From Mobula hypostoma (taxonomy: Eukaryota): 64,000 nt of DNA. Of the stretch, positions 1 through 12,800 are shown in pieces. The position numbers and the translations under genes are program-made. The notes below the pieces were generated by a model. It saw only the letters and a list, made by a program, of their open reading frames with translations. It was not told the origin of the DNA and did not search any database. Location: contig NC_086097.1 in the NCBI RefSeq assembly GCF_963921235.1, positions 134,480,001-134,544,000 of the forward strand, in the 5' to 3' direction. Within the stretch, counting starts at the first letter, position 1. Each line of letters opens with the position of its first letter.

Positions 1-116
1 TTAACATCGTAATTATTATAAATAATACCTTGTCTAAAACTTGCAACACAATTGGCTTCAGCTAAAACACCTATACATGCTAAAATGCTTCAGCTTAAAT
101 TAGACAGTATATTAAG

Positions 117-480
117 TGAAGGGGTGACAGGTGGAGATATGTCTCTACCAAAGGTGTAAGGTGCTCCATCCCTCCACTGTCTTGCAGGTTATCCATGGGT
201 GAGGTGTAGCACCTGCTTAGACCCCCAATTAGGGTCATGTGAAGCCATAGGAGCAGGTGGTGGACGGTAGCTGATGCACATCACAAGTCCTGGTTATGCG
301 ACCACTGACGCCATGCAGACATTCTCTGAAGAGTATTGATAATGTCTGGTGACACCCATCTTCTAAAGACGCTAGCCAGAAAAGGGCAATGGCAAACCAC
401 TTCTGTAAAAAAATTGGCCAAGAACAATCATGGTCATAGGCCATGATTGCCCATGCCCATTTCATGATGGTGACAATGAT
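117..480 (+). mobile_element. Short non-autonomous element/SINE with RTE (BovB-like) 3' tail
   Basis: Contains gggcaatggcaaaccacttctgtaaaaaaattggccaagaacaatcatgg, resembling the RTE/BovB 3' terminal motif GAAGGCAATGGCAACCCACT; no ORF. Confidence 0.6.
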
Positions 481-1204
481 ATTAAGGGGAGGGAGGGAGT
501 CCACACTCCAATTTGCTCAAGTCTTCCTTCCAAATTATGAGAATGAGTGGAAAAGGAGACTAGGTTAATCCACAACAACAATAAAAGAAAACTAAAAGCA
601 ACAGAAAGGGCGTTTTACTAAAATACTTTTAATGAGTAAGTTTTATACTGCTTTTAAGAAGCTTATTTTTTATCCTTTAGTATTCTAGTCTGGGAGCAGA
701 AATAAGTAGGTATTACCAAAACAGCTGAAGAAAGAGTTTTCATAAATTTCAGTGTATTTTTAATGAATCTGTGTACATTGTGGGAAAAGTCTTTTCTGGA
801 CCTGCTCTTCCATAGACGGAAATGTATGAAGTCGGAGTTTAAAATTTAGCATTCTACCCAATTCCGGAAGTACAATTGGGGAATGGTTTTGTGCAAGGGG
901 CCTCTGTGCACTTCTGGCTCTTCAAGCAAAGTCCAGTGACCTTGAAACATTGACAGGTTGCCAGATGTTAGGGAAATCACATTAAACTCTGGTCATCACC
1001 ACAAAGGTGTATTTCCAGAAGAGATGATTTAGAAGCAATTAAAACTACTAACTTGGATTACTTACTTCTGAAACTCCATTGTAATTTAACAATGTTCATT
1101 CTAACCCTTTACAGATCAAATTGCATCAAAATGTAAATTGCAATATACTAGTCATGTAAATACTACATCTACAAGGGGCCGGTTACCCTACAGCTAATGA
1201 CTCA

Positions 1205-1655
1205 CTTCTCAACTCCATCATTTATAAGGCACAAGTCAGAAGTGTGACGGAATACTTTCCACTAAATTAGTGCAGCCTCAGCACCACCTTATAGAACAAA
1301 TCCTCATATCCTGGTACTGAATTCACCACCTTTCTTTCTATAATCAAGGCACTATGTTCACAGTGTATGCTTTCAACAAATGCACTGTAGTTACTTGCAA
1401 AGTTTCTTCAACTACCAGACGGATGGGGAGCAATACCACCTGGGAAGATCCCTTGCAAATCAAACACCAAAAGACTAATAAATACATGGCCACTCCTTCA
1501 TTATCAGTCAGCCTAAATCTTGGAACTTCCTTCCCTATGGCAGCATGGGAACATCTTTACCAGAAAGTTTGCAGTGGTTCCAGAAGGAGGCTCACTACCA
1601 GGTTCTCAAGAGAATGGGAAATAAATGCTGGTCTTGCCAGTGACACCACACACAG
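1205..1655 (+). mobile_element. Ancient CR1/L2-group LINE 3' end, degraded
   Basis: tataaggcacaagtcagaagtgtgacggaatac translates YKAQVRSVTEY (RT C-terminal motif); the 3' UTR ends aataaatgctggtcttgccagtgacacc. Confidence 0.6.
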
Positions 1656-3599
1656 TTAATTCTACTTTGTTGTCCTTTGTCCCTTCTGTTCATTTCCTGT
1701 ATAAACTGTTCAAATCATGGCTTCATTTGTTATATGTAGCAAACAGTTACTTTACAGCGGGAGGAAGGATCGGGGCTCACTGTGGTTCCTTCAAGGAACA
1801 TTGAGCATAGATCTTCAGGTACCTTGTATGAGCTGTGTCAGCTGCAGTTTTCTTTCCTCCTCCTGAGAAACTAGACATCAATGCTGAAGATAGATTTATC
1901 CAAGTGAAAAGTGATAACTCCACACAGTTCCAACAAAGAGTGTGAGGCTCAACCTGTTACTTAACCATTGACAATGTTTCTATTGTCATTTTCACTTCCA
2001 CTTCTTTCCATAGGATGTCACTCTTCCTAATGGAAACCGGCATTATTATAACAAAGTAAAACAACCCAAGGTATCATGTGTTATTGGGCAAACTTTGACC
2101 ATTAAGTCACATAAAGATATAAATCAACAGGGAAACAAAAACTAGATTTTAAAAAAGGAAGCCAAAATATAAGCAAAGCAAAGGTAAAAACTGCAAGAGG
2201 AGCGACATTGGGGAGTCTCGAATGAAGGGCTGGGTTGAAGTTTCAGTTTCAAGCTATCAGCTTCCATCACCTACCCTCATTAGGCAAGCTTTGGCAGTCA
2301 GTGGCAAGGCCAACATCAATGAAGGACTGCACAGGCACAGCACTTAATCTTAGGGAGTAGTTTATAAAATAAGTGTGAACTGGCCCCGTCTCACAAAATT
2401 ACAATTTCTGACAAAGAAATATGAAGCTGTACAGTGAGGGCCAGGGACAAGACTGTGACTCAGACAGTCCCATTGTACCGGCTGAAGGACATGAGCGAAT
2501 ACAAAGTGGAGGGTCATGAAGGGTGAGAAGGACAAAAAGTAAAAAATACACATTGGTTTCACATAGAAGCAATAATGATTCATTTCCATTACAGTGATTT
2601 TTTTTAACCCATGGCAATGGCTCTTATTGCATTTCAAGTCAACAGTGACCTGAAGATTTTGGCTGCCTAAGTCACTAAATATGCAATACACCAAGTAGTT
2701 TTGGAAAAACATGCTGTTATGCTGAGAAAGAACACAAATGCTTTCACACACCAGCTTATGGTTTTGAAATTTAGCTGTTTTTGTGGAAGGATTAAACTCT
2801 GAAGCATACATGAAGCATACAAATTTGACAGTGAAGAGGAAGAGAAGCTACAGACTCAAAACTAGGGCCAGAAAAGTACGATAATCATCAATAAATCTAA
2901 TTAGGAATTTGGGAGTGAACTGATATCTGGACAACAGTTTTCCTGCCTGTGCTATATGCCATCCACTTCTACAGGTACACACACAATATGCAACTTATTA
3001 ACAATGGGATCGCTGTATCTATTAACAAAAATGCGTTGTTAACTCATGACACTTCTGACCCAGTGGTCATAATCTCTAAGGCAGAATGCTATGGGTTCAA
3101 GGCACATCTCTCAATCAATAACAGTAAAACAGGTTACCACGTCATTTACTTCACCAATTTGCTGAGAGAAAACTGGCTGCAAAGCACCACTTGACATGTC
3201 ATGGAAACATAAAAACAAAGGAAGCTTCCTTCTTTTCTATTGCTCTCTATCCTTTTGGACTTACTTTTTTGTAAACTGAGAAGCCGGAAAGAATTTGGAT
3301 TTGCAACATCCAGCTTCTTTGAAACCACATGTGTGAAATGGCTTGCCATGTACGACTGCGTGTTACAGGAACACTGGTATCGAGCTTAATTGTCTGTATG
3401 AATGGAGGGCTAACATTGATTGACAATGGTCAGGTCCATTGAACCTGAAGCAATAGTTCTTAAAGGGAATGCAGAAGGCTATTGCAAAAAGAAGTCAAAT
3501 CTTTTTTTGGTTACCTGAGCCATGCCTGCTCCTCCCAGTTTCCCGTTAAAACTGTGAGTCATTTGTCAGGCACCAATGATTTTCACCAGCCCAAACTAC

Positions 3600-3945
3600 T
3601 ACCACGACATCTTCAATTATCCCGGGCAAGACTTCAATCCTCCCAGTCAAGGCTTTCATCATCTTCACAATCAGTACCCCTAATTTTATCCAATCCACAG
3701 CTTACGGTCATTCTTCCAGCGCCAAGGCCTTGATCTCTGGAATTCCCCAGCAAGAACTCCCCATCTTTTCACTTCCTATGCTTTTCAGTGCTCTTCAAAC
3801 CCTACCACTCTGATCAAACTCCTTATTACCTCTCTTGCAAGCTCAAGTAACAAGCGTCAAATTGTGAAATTATAACTGCTAAATTTTCCTGCATCAGGAT
3901 TTCTTACTAAATCAAGATGCAATATTTGTGCCAGCTACTGTTGGA
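3600..3945 (+). mobile_element. Ancient L2 LINE 3' end
   Basis: ccaaggccttgatctctggaattcccc...tcttcaaaccctaccactctgatcaa matches the L2 3' region repeated in degraded form elsewhere in the window. Confidence 0.5.
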
Positions 3946-4851
3946 GTGGGACCAATTGCTCCAATTCTTGCAATTAGCTTTGGTGTCACAATTTCTCCCT
4001 TAACTGACATGGCAAAATCTTTCAGCATTTAATCAAACACTTCAGGCCAGATGGACACACTAACATCTTCAGGCACCATTGTAAGAAAAGTAATTGACAA
4101 TTGCACAACTTTGCAGTCGTTTTACAGAGTTGGCTATTTGTTTTTTTTTAAAACAAGAGTTGCATGGAATTGGTGTGCTTATCAATGGAAACAAAGGAAG
4201 ATGACACAGGGAAAAGGATGAAATATCCAGAAGCAATTTGCTTCAATACTACTTTCAAATATCCATGAATAAAAGCTAGTAAAAAGCAAAATAAATTCTG
4301 CTATTGATCATAAGCAATCATCCGGATTTCCATTTCACACCATAAACACTGCATCAAATTAACTACATGAAATTCATTTTTGGGGGTTATACAGAAGCTT
4401 GAAGGTGCAATCTTCACACCACGTTTCTGACGCCATTCTTGCCAAATTGCAGGCTGAGGTGGGAACAATCAAAGTTACAGCCAGCACATCTGTCTTCCTG
4501 TTTTATCCCCTGATTCTTTTCCCATGACCAGCAGCGATGTAGATTACTTTACATCAAACTTTGTAAAAATAATTTCCAGTGTACTTCAACAAGATGGCCA
4601 GAGCAAAAAACCCAACTTAGATGATAAATGTTGCCAACAGACAATTCAGTCAAACCAGGATTCATGTTCCATCTGACCCTCCTCCCACTTGCTTTTATGC
4701 ACTTTGCTTCAATCATTCCAGGTGGTATCAATCCCCATTTCCTGATCTTTCTGTATATCTATGTACTTACATTGACACAGCGTCTTATTGTTGTATAAAT
4801 GTAAGTATATTTAACTTGTTATTACTCCTGTGAAGAGTGTTAGGATGTTTC

Positions 4852-5165
4852 AAAACATCCCGAGGTTCTTCACAGGAGCAATACCAAGCTAAAACTGATG
4901 TTTGAGACAAATGTGAAGCTATTTGTGTGGGTGACCAAAGGCTTGGTCAAAGAGGGAGACGGTGTCAAAGGAAAAGTGATACGCAGTGAGGAGGAAAACT
5001 TCAGAAAGGGAATTCTAAGCCTGAGGGTCTTGGCAACTGAAAACATTTTTGGCTAAAACAGAGTGATTAAACTCATAGGGTGATAAAGAAAGCAGGCCAA
5101 AAGGAATGCAAATCTTATATGGTTCTTGGGAGGGAAGAAATTGCAGCAACAAGAAATGGATTTAA
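4852..5165 (-). mobile_element. L2 LINE 3' end, abutting an inverted L2 tail
   Basis: aaacatcccgaggttcttcacaggagc...gtgaccaaaggcttggtcaaagag...ggaattctaagcctgagggtcttggcaactgaa is the reverse complement of an L2 terminus. Confidence 0.6.
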
Positions 5166-5291
5166 AAGCTATTTCAGTCATATGTTTCAAACAAGATGAA
5201 AAAGGTGGGAAGCCTACAACGATTTGGTAAAAACCGACATTTTTTTACAGCTGTACCCTTTTTCCTCCTACATATCGAGGAAACATAAAAC

Positions 5292-5443
5292 AGGAGGTTT
5301 CACCAGAATATACTGTGCTTATACACTATGGCATTAATAAGGATAGGAGGGTTCACTGGAATATACTGTGCTCATACATTATGGCATTAAGGTTTCACCA
5401 GAATACACTGTGATCATACTATACATTATGTCATTAGTAAGGA
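5292..5443. repeat. Three diverged tandem copies of a ~50-bp unit
   Basis: ggtttcaccagaatatactgtgcttatacactatggcattaa occurs three times with substitutions. Confidence 0.85.
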
Positions 5444-6064
5444 CTATCTAAGTAAACTGAGTTTGCAATGTCCACCAGTGACTTGAAGAAGCAGTACCAA
5501 TGATTACTCATTTTACAGCACAAGAAAAAGCGCCACTTTCACCAGGCTGGAAGCACTTGCAAATTTCCTCCCATTCATAGTGAAATTCACCCAAAGTCTA
5601 TGGAAAATAGACTAACTTCCTACCCTGTTCTGATAGCCAATATATATAATAACTACATGCATCAAATTCCCTCCATAAACATCTATGCTCCTCCACTTCT
5701 CAATTCTCCTTTAAGACCCTGTTAAACAGGACCCAGTCTCTTGTTGACCAAGCCTTTGGTCAGCAGTTCCAATTAAAATTAGAACTTAAAATTTGACTGG
5801 GATTATTCAAGCAAATAGATATTCACTATAAGCATTAAGTACCATCAGTGTTTACACTGTATTATGCATATACATCTCCAATTTCTGTTTGAACACCACC
5901 TGCTTTCCTTAGTATTTTCCATAACTGTTGGTTGCTAGTGCTCTGACCAACAAATCAGAAGAGCTCAGTCAATAAAATCTGGACTGGTACATCTTGCAGA
6001 TTTGTGGATATGTTCCACTGTTATTAATTTTCTTGCAGATACATAGAAATGTTCCACTGTTATT

Positions 6065-6280
6065 AATTTTCCCTGAGAAAGCAGTGGAGAGCCATCTATT
6101 GGATCTTTTGAAGTCCATGCAGAGAGCTTTTAGGTCAGGAGTACAGTGAAGGAATACAGATATATTTCCAAGTTAGGATAGCAGGGGGCTTAGATGGCAG
6201 CTTGCAAGAGGCAGTGTTCCCATGCTTTCCTCTGCCCTTGTCTTTCAGGCTTATGATAGTGACCATGGTTAGAAAAGGCT
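6065..6280 (-). mobile_element. Degraded LINE 3' region, same family as 1205-1655
   Basis: ccctgagaaagcagtggagagcc...gatatatttccaagttaggatag...gcagcttgcaagaggcagtgttcccatg is an inverted match to that family's 3' end. Confidence 0.5.
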
Positions 6281-6469
6281 TTCCAAGTTTCCACAAGACT
6301 CCCAAAATGAGAGCTTGATATCCTAAGCCTTAACTTATCGAGCCAAGGGTCCTCTTTGCTCTTCGAATAGCTTTATTAACTTTCTGAGGCGCATTTAAAC
6401 ATGTGTACATATACAGTAAAAGTCTCTATATTTCAGCACTTCCTTTATTAGCTGTGGTTCTGAGAATGG

Positions 6470-7082
6470 ACCTTTTATCTCTTGATTCAGAAGGGAGTTC
6501 ATATTCCAACACAGTATGATGAACCACGAAAAATAAGGCAACTGTTTACTAAGGTGCCTCACATTCTAAGGTGCCTTCTTCAGATGAAACATTAAACTGA
6601 CTTTACTTAAGACCATCAGATATAGGAGCAGAAGTAGGCCATTCGGCCTATTGAGTCTGCTCTGCCATTCAATCATGGGCTGACCAATTCTTCCAGTCAT
6701 CCCCACTCCCCTGCCTTCTCCCCATACCCTTTGATGTCCTGGCTAATCAAGAACCTATCTATCTCTGCCTTAAATGCACCCAATGACTTGGCCTCCACAG
6801 CTGCTCGTGGCAACAAATTCCACAGACTTACCACCCTCTGACTAAAGTAATTTCTCCGCATCTCTGTTCTAAATGGGCATCCTTCAATCCTGAAGTTGTG
6901 CCCTCTTGTCCTAGACTCCCCTACCATGGGAAATAACTTTGCCATATACTTTCATGGGATCCGAAGAGTTCTCCTTAGTATTAACTGTACTGAAACAGAT
7001 TACTTAGTCATCCTAGCACTGCTGTTTCTTGCAATGTACTTCCCACATTATGACTGGAACCTCAAAAAGTAATTCACTGGTT
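6470..7082 (+). mobile_element. Deu-domain SINE (SacSINE1/AmnSINE-like) split by a CR1 insertion
   Basis: aggtgccttcttcagatgaaacattaaactga lies before the CR1; gaagagttctcc...acagattacttagtcat...aaaagtaattcactgg lies after it. Confidence 0.55.
6606..6947 (-). mobile_element. CR1 LINE, 5'-truncated 3' end
   Basis: ORF 6697-6945 (KLFPMVGESRTRGHNFRIEG...FSQRVVSLWNLLP) is the CR1 ORF2 C-terminus, followed by a CR1 3' UTR. Confidence 0.92.
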
Positions 7083-7084
7083 TT

Positions 7085-7470
7085 GCACAGGATGACAAGA
7101 GGCTACAGAGGGTTTAGACTCAGCCAGCTCCATCACAGGCACAACTCTCACCCACCATCTTCAAGAGGCAGGGCCTCAAAAAGGCAGCATCCATTTCTAA
7201 AGACACTCACCATCCGGACATGCCTGCTTCTCATTACTACCATCGGGGAGGAGGTACAAGAGCCTGAACAGTCCACAGCAATTCAGGAACAGCTTCTTCC
7301 CCTCTCCACTGAACTTCTTAACGGTGCATGAACACCACTTTATTATTCCTTTTGTTTTTTGCACTATTTATATTTGTAATTTATAGTAATTTTATGTCTT
7401 TGCACTCTACTGTTGCCATAAAACAACAAATTTCATGTCTTATAAATCAGTGATAATAAATGTGATTCTG
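7085..7470 (+). mobile_element. Rex1/Babar LINE 3' fragment
   Basis: AASI...HHP...LLPSGRRY and FRNSFFP-type coding remnants; tail ataataaatgtgattctga. Confidence 0.8.
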
Positions 7471-9857
7471 AAGAAAGATGCCATGACAGGCAGTTATATA
7501 AAATATCAGACACAGTTTTGGTAATGAACTCCATCTTTCCATTGAGATATCCAGGGAAATTTAGGATTTGTTTTGAAACCACTCGGCTCCATCTCATTCC
7601 TTAGCTATAAGTTTTTCTTCTCCCCCCCACCCCATGATAATATATACTAATTCCACTTGGATTAGTATGCAAGATTATTCTCTATTCAGATGAACATTAT
7701 TTTTAAAAAGTGACTTAAAATTAATGTTGAAAACTGCAGCATCAACAAAATATTATGACCAGACCAGAGTACAGAGTTACTGTTGACTCATTATTAACTT
7801 CACAATACAATTTCAAAATATGTCATACAACACAAAACATTACAAATTAGCAGCAAAACCCAAACCACAAAGGACAGTAATCTGTTAACTTGAACATTCT
7901 GCTTTCTTTTATCATCCTTCTTGTAACCAGTTGTTAAGTTGCCACTTAATATATCTCTTGTTATCTTTTGTTTTCAGTCCCTTAAGCAATGTTGTTTGAG
8001 CTCTGGCTAGTGCTGTAAAGAATTTAACAATTTTGTTTTCGAGGTGGGGGTAGGTCGAGGAAGAGATTCAATCATTTTCTTATTTGTTTTATTGGGATTC
8101 TATGACATTTTTAGCTGATCCAGGATATTGAATTCCCAGGATATCTACATGCATCCACAAAGCTGCTCATGTATCATGAATCTTTCATAATCACAATAAG
8201 AGTTGTCAAATCTTAACACTTTCACACAGCAACTTGTTCACCATTCTGTTTACTGAAAAATGCACTTAAAGTATAATATGAAAAGATCACATTATGTGTC
8301 AAAATAAATGTAGTTGATATATGCTGGAAGTGCATACACAGTGGCATTCTGTTATGGATCATCTGCTGGACAATAATTCTTGTACATTCTTCGGCTGACA
8401 GACTGCTTTGTGTTTTATACTCGACACCCTAATGCTTTTGACGACTCATACAAGGCCACACATTTCAGCGACATTTTAAAATTAATGCTGAGAACAAGTT
8501 TACTGCAGTGTGTTTGGGCAGCTCTCGCATTTGCTGATGGTGTCTTGCATTTACTAAATAATAAATCGCTGCCTGAGGCACTCTTTTACAATGTTTATGA
8601 TTAGAACTCATTCATCTAAATCTACCGTCCCACAGAAAAAAATAAATCAAGGATTTCCCAAATATAACAATATTTGTATTCTGTAGATAATTTATGGCCA
8701 CAGCTACACTAATTAAAACCCATCTGAGTTTCATTAATCTTGGTCACTGGGTCTGATCATTCTGCCAGTGCATAGCCACGCCTCAGTCATATTCAGTTGT
8801 CCTTGTGTTTCTAATATAATTTACAGGTAATGTTATGCCTTCATTACATTCTGCAATGCAGAGATTATGAGTGCTCTCTCCACCATTGTGTTCGGAATGG
8901 CCAGACACACAATGCCTATAATCAGAAAATCTACAGTATTCTCAATGTACTACAGCCCTACATTATCCAACCACTTACTGCTAAGCGTGTTGATATGATA
9001 AGAACAGCTTTGAAAGGAAATGCAAAACACACTTCCTGGTATATTAACAGACAACGTATGTATGGGTAATAAATCATAGGGCAGGCCACTGTAAATAGTT
9101 TATGAGACACTTTCTGCACACCTATATTTATGTTCACCTGTAGGAGGAGATTCATCTCCATTGGCTGCACTTGGATAAAGATTTGGATAAAATGACAGTG
9201 ACAATTTTATTCGGCTACACCACATTCTCTTGAATTCTGTTTCTTTCTGTGAAGCGTGATTCCTTGTGATTACTGACCTTATTGTGTTGAACCACTATAA
9301 AATCACATGAATCAGCCATTGCTGAGCGGGACTATTGTAAGGTCTGTGACAATGGGGCTAAGCAGAGTTTATGATTAGGGGAGAAAGGGTAGGGAAGTAA
9401 GTCAATGTTCCTCAGTATAGGGAACCTTAGTTTGCTAATGTTAGTTGAAGTCTTTTTGGGACATTCCAGTCTATTTCTTTTTAATTGTGTTATCTACAGA
9501 TCTGGAATTTTGTAAGGACTATATCTACTGTTCACCAGGTTTTGTTTTCTCAATCAGTACAAAATAAGTAAGAAAATTTTTGGCATCATGTGAAATAAAA
9601 CCAAGCCCTCATCTCAAATAACTTTAATAGAATCTACTGTAAGGGGTTGCATATTGTGTAATGCATTCAAGTGTTTAATCATTATTGAGTTGCATCTTTA
9701 AATTCAGCAAATGTGCTTGCTTCACCTTTGTTAGTCTTGAATTTATGTTACTTCCGGCCATTAGTCTAAATTTCCTCTGCCACTTCATATGTTCCTATGG
9801 TAGTATAACCACAGCGGCATTTCATACCAAACCTGAGAATAGAAAGGTACTGAGATT

Positions 9858-12800
9858 TCAGGTTGAAAATAAATTTATTATCCAAGTACATATATGTCAC
9901 TATATACAACCCTGATATTCATTTTCTTACAGGCATTCACAGTAAGTACAAGAAACATAATACGTAGAATCAATGAAAGATCGCCCCCAACAGGACAGAC
10001 AAACAATGTGCAAAAGACAACAAAAATACAAAAAGAAAAAAGGAATAATAATAATAATAATAAAGTTGTAATAGCATGTATCTCACAACTAATCTACACT
10101 CACTTAGATAACCAGAACATACTTATAGAAGAGCAGAAAGGGGGCCATAAGGGTATAAAAGGATGTAAACAGCAAACGATACAATCGATTCCGTAATTCT
10201 AACTCAAGCCCAGCAGAAAAGCAGAAATATTTCAACTTCTAATATCAACAAGGAAAAAGCATTTAATTTTGCCCACACTCATGGTTAATAGAAGTTCTTA
10301 ATCTATATAAACTACACCGAATACTTGTAAAATTCCTTCAACATCTGATGAAGCATTGGCATACCATAATCACCCAATCTATTAACGACCAAAAAAGAAC
10401 AACCACTGTTATCAAAATAAACCAATGCATTTCCCAGAGTGACTCTCGATGGTCTTGTCTAGCTTTAAACCTGTTCTCTAATTAACTGGACTGGATGGAA
10501 ATAGGGTATCGAATCAGAAACAACTGAACAAATTATACTTTGGCATGCCTTCTATACATGGACAATTTGAAATTATACGCTCCTTTATCAGTACAGCTAA
10601 AGCAATTAATTCAAATAGTAAAACTATTTTATGAAGGTATAGGCATGAACTTTTGACTAGATAAGTACAGAACATTAAAAATAAAGAAAGGAGTAATCGA
10701 GCTGGTAGAATATAAAACAGAGCAGCAGGATACAATGCAATCGATGGATGAGTATCTGGGATATCAACAAGCATAGGTCATAGTGTTATTGTGGGAAAAC
10801 CTTCGACAAAATTTACTTCAAGGCTTAGAAAAATCAGCTCAACAGAGCTCAATAGTAAAAATATAACAGAGACAATAAACACTTCCATCATACCCATATT
10901 AACGTACCCTTTTGGCATAACACCTTAGCTCAAAACTGATCTGGAAAATTTACTAAGAAAAATAAGAACTGAAATGACAAATTGTATAAAACCCTGTGTA
11001 TACTCGAACACACTTAGATTAACACTGCCTCGGACAGGGGGAGGAAGAGGAATAACAGACATAAATATTTCCACAACAGTCAGATAAAACTTCTAAGGAT
11101 ATAGTTTCATCAACCAAAACAAGATTCAGCACTCCATGCAAGCATATGTAATTCTGATAAGAAATACACACCACTAAAAATTTAAATAAAAGCACGACCC
11201 AGAAAAATGAAGGAATTATCACTACAGAAGAAAAATGCTAATAATGGAAGAGCGTAACTCTCCAAGGCAGATATCCCCATGATCTGAGCAGACTAGATGT
11301 CAACAAGGAAGTGTTGAATGTCTGGCTCAGAGTTGAAGACCTCTTCCCAGAAACAGAGGGGTTCCCTGTGGCAATACAGGACCAGGTGGTTAACACAAAA
11401 CATTATCAAAAATACTTAATAAAAGATCAACAAATTCAAGGTGGGTAAATGCAGAAGGTCCCAAGAAGAACGAAAAAGAATCTAACATATTACAGTGTCC
11501 TGCAGCAACTTAACTCAGTCTAATTACTTACATAGGCATAATCAATTCGCAAACCAAAATCTCGCTTTAAAATACAAACTCATAAAAGACACCACATCTT
11601 ACTATAAATACAAGCCTGATTCAGTTTTAGAGTCAGAGTCCTGCAAATTATATTAAGGTCGATCCATTATTACAGGTAGGACAATCCATACTAACTGTCT
11701 GGATATAATATTACAGGAATCACAACTTAAATAATAGATATAGTCATTACATATAACATACAGAAATCAATAAGTGAAAAATACTAGAAATATGAAGAAT
11801 TGAAAGAATATGGAACATCAACAGGGTATACATTGTCCTAATAGAAATAACTAAAACTAGTATCAACCCAAAGTCACCATACAACAGCATTAAGCAACTA
11901 ACACTACACAGCAATATTCATGTAAATCTATCAAAAGCCACCATACTAAACCCCACTAGAATAGTCCAAAAGTCTCTAGCAATTGAGAAATGAGTGTGCT
12001 TGGCTATAACAAATAAATAAACAACAAATAACAAAAAACGACCCTGAATGTGAGTCCATAGGTTGTGGGAACAGTTCAGTGATGAGGCGAGTGAAATTGA
12101 ATGGAGTTATCCCTTCTGGTTCAAGAGCCTGCTAGTTGAGGGGTAATAACTGTTCCTGAACCTGGTGGTGTGAGTACTTTCTTCCTAACTGCAGCAGTGA
12201 GAAGAAAGCATGGCCTGGATGGTGGGGGTTCTCGATGATGGATGCTGCTTTCCTGCGACAGCACTCTGTGCAGATATGCTCAATGGTGGGGAGGGCTTTA
12301 CGGAAACGGACAGGACCATATCCACTACATTTTGTAGGCTTTTTCATGCAAGGGCATTGGTGTTTTCATACCAGGCCATGAAGCAACCGGACAATATACT
12401 CTTCGCCACACATCAATAGAAGTTTGTCAACATTTTAGATGACTTGACGAGTCTTTGCAAGCTTCTCAGAAAGTAGAGGGGCTGCCCATGTTTTCTTTGT
12501 AATTGCATTTAATTGCTGGGTCCAGGACAAATCCACTGAAATGATAACACAGAGAAATTTAAAGTTGTTGATCCTCTCCACCTTTGAATCTCCAATGAGT
12601 TCTGGCTCATAGACCTCCGGTTTCCTCTTCCTGAAGTCAGTAATCATCTCCCTGGTCTTGCTGACATTGAGTGAGAAGTTGTTGTGACATCACTCAACCA
12701 GATTTTCAATATCCCTCCTATTGTAGATGCTGATTTGTAATCACCTTTGAGTCAGCCTAGGACAGTGGTGTCAACAGCAAATTTAAATATGGCACTTGAG

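Noticed and set aside
2362..2811. 149-aa minus-strand ORF
   Set aside because: No recognisable protein motif; composition fits a chance ORF in non-coding DNA.
5292..5443. Possible CRISPR-like array
   Set aside because: Contiguous tandem units with no unique spacers, in a eukaryotic context with no cas genes.
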